The notes below the pieces were generated by a model. That model saw only the letters and a program-made list of their open reading frames with translations. It searched no databases and was not told the DNA's origin. Below, piece after piece: positions 35,570-39,309 of a DNA stretch of 39,309 bases. The translations under genes were made by a program, and so were the position numbers. Origin of the DNA: Chiloscyllium plagiosum. Its lineage: Eukaryota. Numbering within the stretch: position 1 is the stretch's first letter; every line of letters begins with the position of its first letter. The DNA lies in assembly GCF_004010195.1 (NCBI RefSeq), contig NC_057750.1, positions 16,575,330 to 16,614,638 on the forward strand, given 5' to 3'.

Positions 35570-35900
35570 GAAACCAGTTGATGAGAAACTGTACAGTTTC
35601 TAAATAGGTATTAAATCTGCAGCTGAACAAGTAAATGCACTTTTGTATTCATTTGGGACTGTAGCTGATGATAGTCCTGATAAAAGGCTTTTTGCCAGAA
35701 ACGGTGATTTTCCTGCTCCTCAGATGCTGCCTGACCTGCTTGTACTTTTCCAGCACCACTCTAATCTAGACTCTGATTTCCAGCATCTGCAGTCCTCACT
35801 TTTGCCTACAGCTGATGATGTTATAGCTCATCAAGGTGTAAAGGAAGACACAGATACTTGTGAAGAAGACCTGAGCATCTTCATGAGATGAGGAACAAAG
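35570..35900 (+). mobile_element. Gypsy gag remnant interrupted by a PLE terminus (35673-35809, 10-bp TSD)
   Basis: KSAAEQVNALLYSFGTVADD/VIAHQG resembles Gypsy gag (EQVNTLLYxMGxxADD). AGCTGATGAT at 35663-35672 and 35810-35819. Confidence 0.65.
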
Positions 35901-36544
35901 CTCAAAAAAGAGTGATTAATATTCTGACTGATGCTTGTGCTAATATCAGTGTTCTCTCTACATACAGCAACTGGAAAGATCTTTGGCATGCAGATGGATA
36001 GCTTCCTGCTTCAGAGATCTGTGTGGTAGCAGAAAGAAATTACAGGGGACATTAGCTAATATCCTCTTTTCAACCCAGTTTGCAAGTTATTCAAACAAGT
36101 AGCTAAATTTATTACAAAAACATGTGGGGGCCTAGGGTCTAAACTGTGGAATTATCATCCCAAACCTGTGACCATCTATTGTCTTTTTGTCTGAATGCTC
36201 AGTCATCTGTCTTACTGGCCTCTCACATGGCTTGGTAAAAATATTCCCCTGATGACGCTCCAGTAGAGACCTTCAGCGCAACCCTTGTGCTGAGATGAAG
36301 CTTTGATCAAGAAATGGCTCTCGTGCAGACCAATCTTCAGAAATATCCTGAGTTGTTAGTCAACAGAGGAGTGGCTCCAATAATAAACCCACCTGGACCA
36401 TTCAGTAAAAATATCCGAATGGGATTAAATGTAAAAGTAGATACATGGAGATGAATTAAAGAAAAGAATTCAGTCTGTGGTTGAAGGTGGGGTGGTGTTG
36501 GTGTTTGAAGGTGAGGAGGTGTTGGTGTTTGAAGGTGAGGACAG

Positions 36545-36860
36545 AGACCATAAGAAATAGGAACTGGAATAGGCCTTTTGACCACTTGCGCCTTCTCTAC
36601 CATTCAATAGGATCATGGCTAATCTGACGTTTCTTGTGCCATTTCCTGTTCTTTCCCTAGAACCGTTGAGTCTCCGACTGATCAAGAATCTATCCATCTC
36701 AGCCTTAAATACACACATTAGACCCTTCCTCCAGAGCTCCTCTATGGCAAGGAGATCCAAAGACTCTCAGAGGACTGAGATCTTTGAGAGTACAGCCCTC
36801 TGAAAGAAGAAATTGCTCCTCATCTCAGTCGTAAATTGGCACCCCTTTATTCTGAGATTA
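36545..36860 (-). mobile_element. CR1 3'-end fragment
   Basis: accataagaaataggaactggaataggcc tail; FKAEMDRFLI translation. Confidence 0.75.
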
Positions 36861-36878
36861 TAGAACATAGAACTTTAA

Positions 36879-37099
36879 AGGAGAAAGTGAGGACTGCAGA
36901 TGCTGGAGATCAGAGCTGAAAATTTGTTGTTGGAAAAGCACAGCAGGTCATGCAGCATCCAAGGAGCAGGAGAATCAACGTTTTGGGCATGAGCCCTTCT
37001 TCAGGAATCCTGAAGAAGGGCTCATGCCCGAAACGTCGATTCTCCTGCTCCTTGGATGCTGCCTGACCTGCTGCGCTTTTCCAGCAACACATTTTCAGC
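36879..37099. mobile_element. PLE-terminus inverted pair (hairpin)
   Basis: Arms at ~36916-37006 and 37009-37099 are joined at ggaatcc. Confidence 0.88.
37004..37043 (+). ncRNA. Minimal hammerhead-ribozyme motif with pairable stem I
   Basis: GGAATC-CTGAAGA-A-GGGC-TCAT-GCCC-GAAAC-GTC-GATTCT. Confidence 0.78.
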
Positions 37100-37589
37100 A
37101 TAGAATGTTACAGCATAGTATAGGCTCTTCGGCCCTCAATGTTGCGCCAACCAACGAAATTATGTTCTCTCCTCCTAGACTTTCCTATGAGAGAAACATC
37201 CTCTCAGCGTTTACCCTGTCAAACCCCTTAAGAACCCTACATGTTTCAATGAGTTCACCTTTCATTCTTCTAAACTCCAGTGAGTAGAGTGCCCACCTGT
37301 TTAGGTTGAGAAGGGAAGTGAAGTATCAAAAGGCTTAGGAGAGAATAGTCAACCACTGTTACACTGTGGCTACAATCTCTGCCACCCATGATGGTGACCA
37401 ACTTCAGAGTCAAGCCGAAATTCTCATTGGTCGTACTCACACCTCACGGAAACATAGAAATTAGGAGAGGCAGTTTGAACCTCCTCAGTCATTCAATATG
37501 ATCATGGCTGATCATTCAACTCAGTCCCCCATTCCTGCTTTTTTCACTTATCCTTTGATCCCTTTAGCCCGAACTCCTTCTTGAAACCA

Positions 37590-37780
37590 TTTCAGTTACA
37601 TCACACTGTAAACTTTTGCTATAAATTTTGTGTCTTACAATTGTGTCCTCCACAACCATCTGATGAAGGAGCGGCACTCTGAAAGCTAGTGCTTCCAATT
37701 AAACCTGTTGGACTGTAACCTGGTGTTGTGTGATTTTTAACTTTGTACACCCCAGTCCAACACCGGCATCTCCAAATCAT
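37590..37780 (+). mobile_element. Terminus of a third PLE family with hammerhead motif at 37660-37688
   Basis: CTGATGA-A-GGAGCGGCACTCT-GAAAGCTA, followed by ..taaacctgttggactgtaacctggtgttgtg..agtccaacaccggcatctccaaatcat. Confidence 0.75.
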
Positions 37781-38064
37781 AACCAATACTGAGGTTAGCT
37801 CTATATTTTGAGCTTGTTATACAGCTCTGGAGTCAGTGGAACTTTAAATCCAGGCCTCCTGGCTCAGAGGAGGGGATGCTCTCACTGGGCCACAAGTGCC
37901 TCCTCCAGTCTCAGGCCATTATCCTGGTCCTCTGGTTTGTCAGTCTAGTGACAGTCCCACTGTGACACCATTTGTTGGCAGTTGGCACAGTGTCCACAGC
38001 TGGCAAGCCCAAACAAAAGGATGATGGTCCTCTGTTGTTCCTCAACCAACATGATTAATATTAG

Positions 38065-38410
38065 ATCATAGAATCGTAACAGAGTTGAAAGAGTCCATTT
38101 GGCCCATTGAGTCTGCACCAATCCTCTGAAAAGCATTCCACCCAGACCCACGCACCCCCCATCCCATCCCCGTAACTCTGCAAGAAATTTTTAACCTGAG
38201 CTGCACTTCCCTGGAAGTACGGGAAATTTTATTTTAACCGTGGCCAATCCACCTAACTTCCACATCCTTGGACTGTGGGAGGAAACAGGAGCACCCGGAG
38301 GAAACCCATGCAGACAGAGAACATGCAAACTCCCCACAGAATGTCGCCCGAGGCAGGAATTAAACCCAGGTGCCTGGCACTAACAGGCAGCAATGCAAAC
38401 CACTGACCCA
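38065..38410 (-). mobile_element. HE1-type SINE
   Basis: ggactgtgggaggaaacaggagcacccggaggaaacccatgcagac is the reverse complement of the HE1 core. Confidence 0.82.
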
Positions 38411-39127
38411 TTGCTCTTTGTGGATCTTGTGACTGCCATGTTTCCAACAGTGACTGCATTTTAAAAAAACACTGTCGGCTGTAAATCACTTCCTCTACAA
38501 GCACGGTCGCTGGGTTAAAATCCTGGAACTCCCTCCCTAATAACATTGGGTGTATTCCTACACTACATGGAATATATTGGTCATAATGATAGCTCACCAC
38601 CATCTTCCCAAGGGCAATTAAGGGTGGGGGAGCAAATGTTGGCCCAATTATTGACACCCACAACCTGTAAAAGCATGAAGGGAGCTGTGAGGGTCCCCCA
38701 TATGTCATAGGACTGCAGAGGGAAGACTAGCAATTCTCCTTTATAGAAGCAGACGGAATTAGGAGGAGGCTTACGTCCAGCGTATCTCCAGCAGCTGGGT
38801 TCAGATATGCTGACTGACCATCACCTCGTGAAGATGTAAACCAGACAGAACAAAGGATAGGAGCAGAAAATAACTTGAAAGAGGAAGTCTCACATGTAGA
38901 CAATATAACCGAGAAAACACATTTGGACAAGCAAACCAGAAGGATGTGAATAATAATCAGAATTCTTTGATCTGTTGATTGGTAACACTGACGTTGAGGA
39001 TCCCTCTTTCAAAGTCCAGCTGCTTCAGCTTCCTGCGAAAGATATGAAGGGTGTCTCACAACTAGGGATCTGAGTAATCAACAAAAAAGGCACTCCAATT
39101 TAACTCAGGCATGTGTGCTGTTAAGAG

Positions 39128-39309
39128 ATTCATAGAGTCATAGAGATGTACAGCATGGAAACAGACCCTTCGGTCCAACCCGTCCATGCCGATCAGATAT
39201 CCCAACCCAATCTAGTCCCACCTGCCAGCACCCGGCTCATATCCCACCAAACCCTTCCAATTCATATAACCATCCAAATGCCTCTTAAATGTTGCAATTG
39301 TACCAGTCT
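39128..39309 (-). mobile_element. CR1/HER1 LINE 3' end, running off the window
   Basis: catagagtcatagagatgtacagcatggaaacagaccc.. is nearly identical to 12966-13150. Confidence 0.9.

Noticed and set aside
38747..38949. Possible selenoprotein or readthrough exon (open frame interrupted by one TGA)
   Set aside because: No recognisable homology or SECIS element; consistent with chance.
1..39309. Conserved miRNAs (miR-155, miR-146, miR-21, miR-22, let-7) near the kB-like island
   Set aside because: Only partial seed-length matches were found by eye, with no mature sequence or hairpin.

Overview
Eukaryotic, vertebrate DNA with three assembly gaps. The repeat content (HE1-type tRNA SINEs, CR1/HER1-type LINE 3' ends, Deu-type SINEs, abundant Penelope-like termini) points to a cartilaginous fish, probably a carpet or bamboo shark; this is an inference. 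I can support no intact host protein-coding gene; the ORFs I could assign are repeat-derived or gap artefacts. Positions 1-4673 hold a decayed minus-strand Gypsy LTR retrotransposon (LTR, PBS, gag, protease, RT/RNase H) with nested Penelope-like (PLE) and CR1 insertions. Main observations: (1) about a dozen PLE termini carry minimal hammerhead-ribozyme cores (CTGANGA..GAAAC-GTH), several as TSD-flanked short inserts or inverted pairs; (2) a 100-bp TG..CA palindrome with a 5-bp TSD; (3) a 560-bp Mutator/foldback-like element with 14-bp subterminal repeats and a 9-bp TSD; (4) a perfect 156-bp inverted copy of nearby genomic DNA captured inside a PLE insertion; (5) a 106-bp duplication around a 26-bp HE1 5' end; (6) a 50-bp minisatellite with a 4-unit higher-order structure; (7) a few unique islands with promoter- or enhancer-like motif clusters. 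Repeat boundaries are read by eye and are approximate unless a TSD is given.
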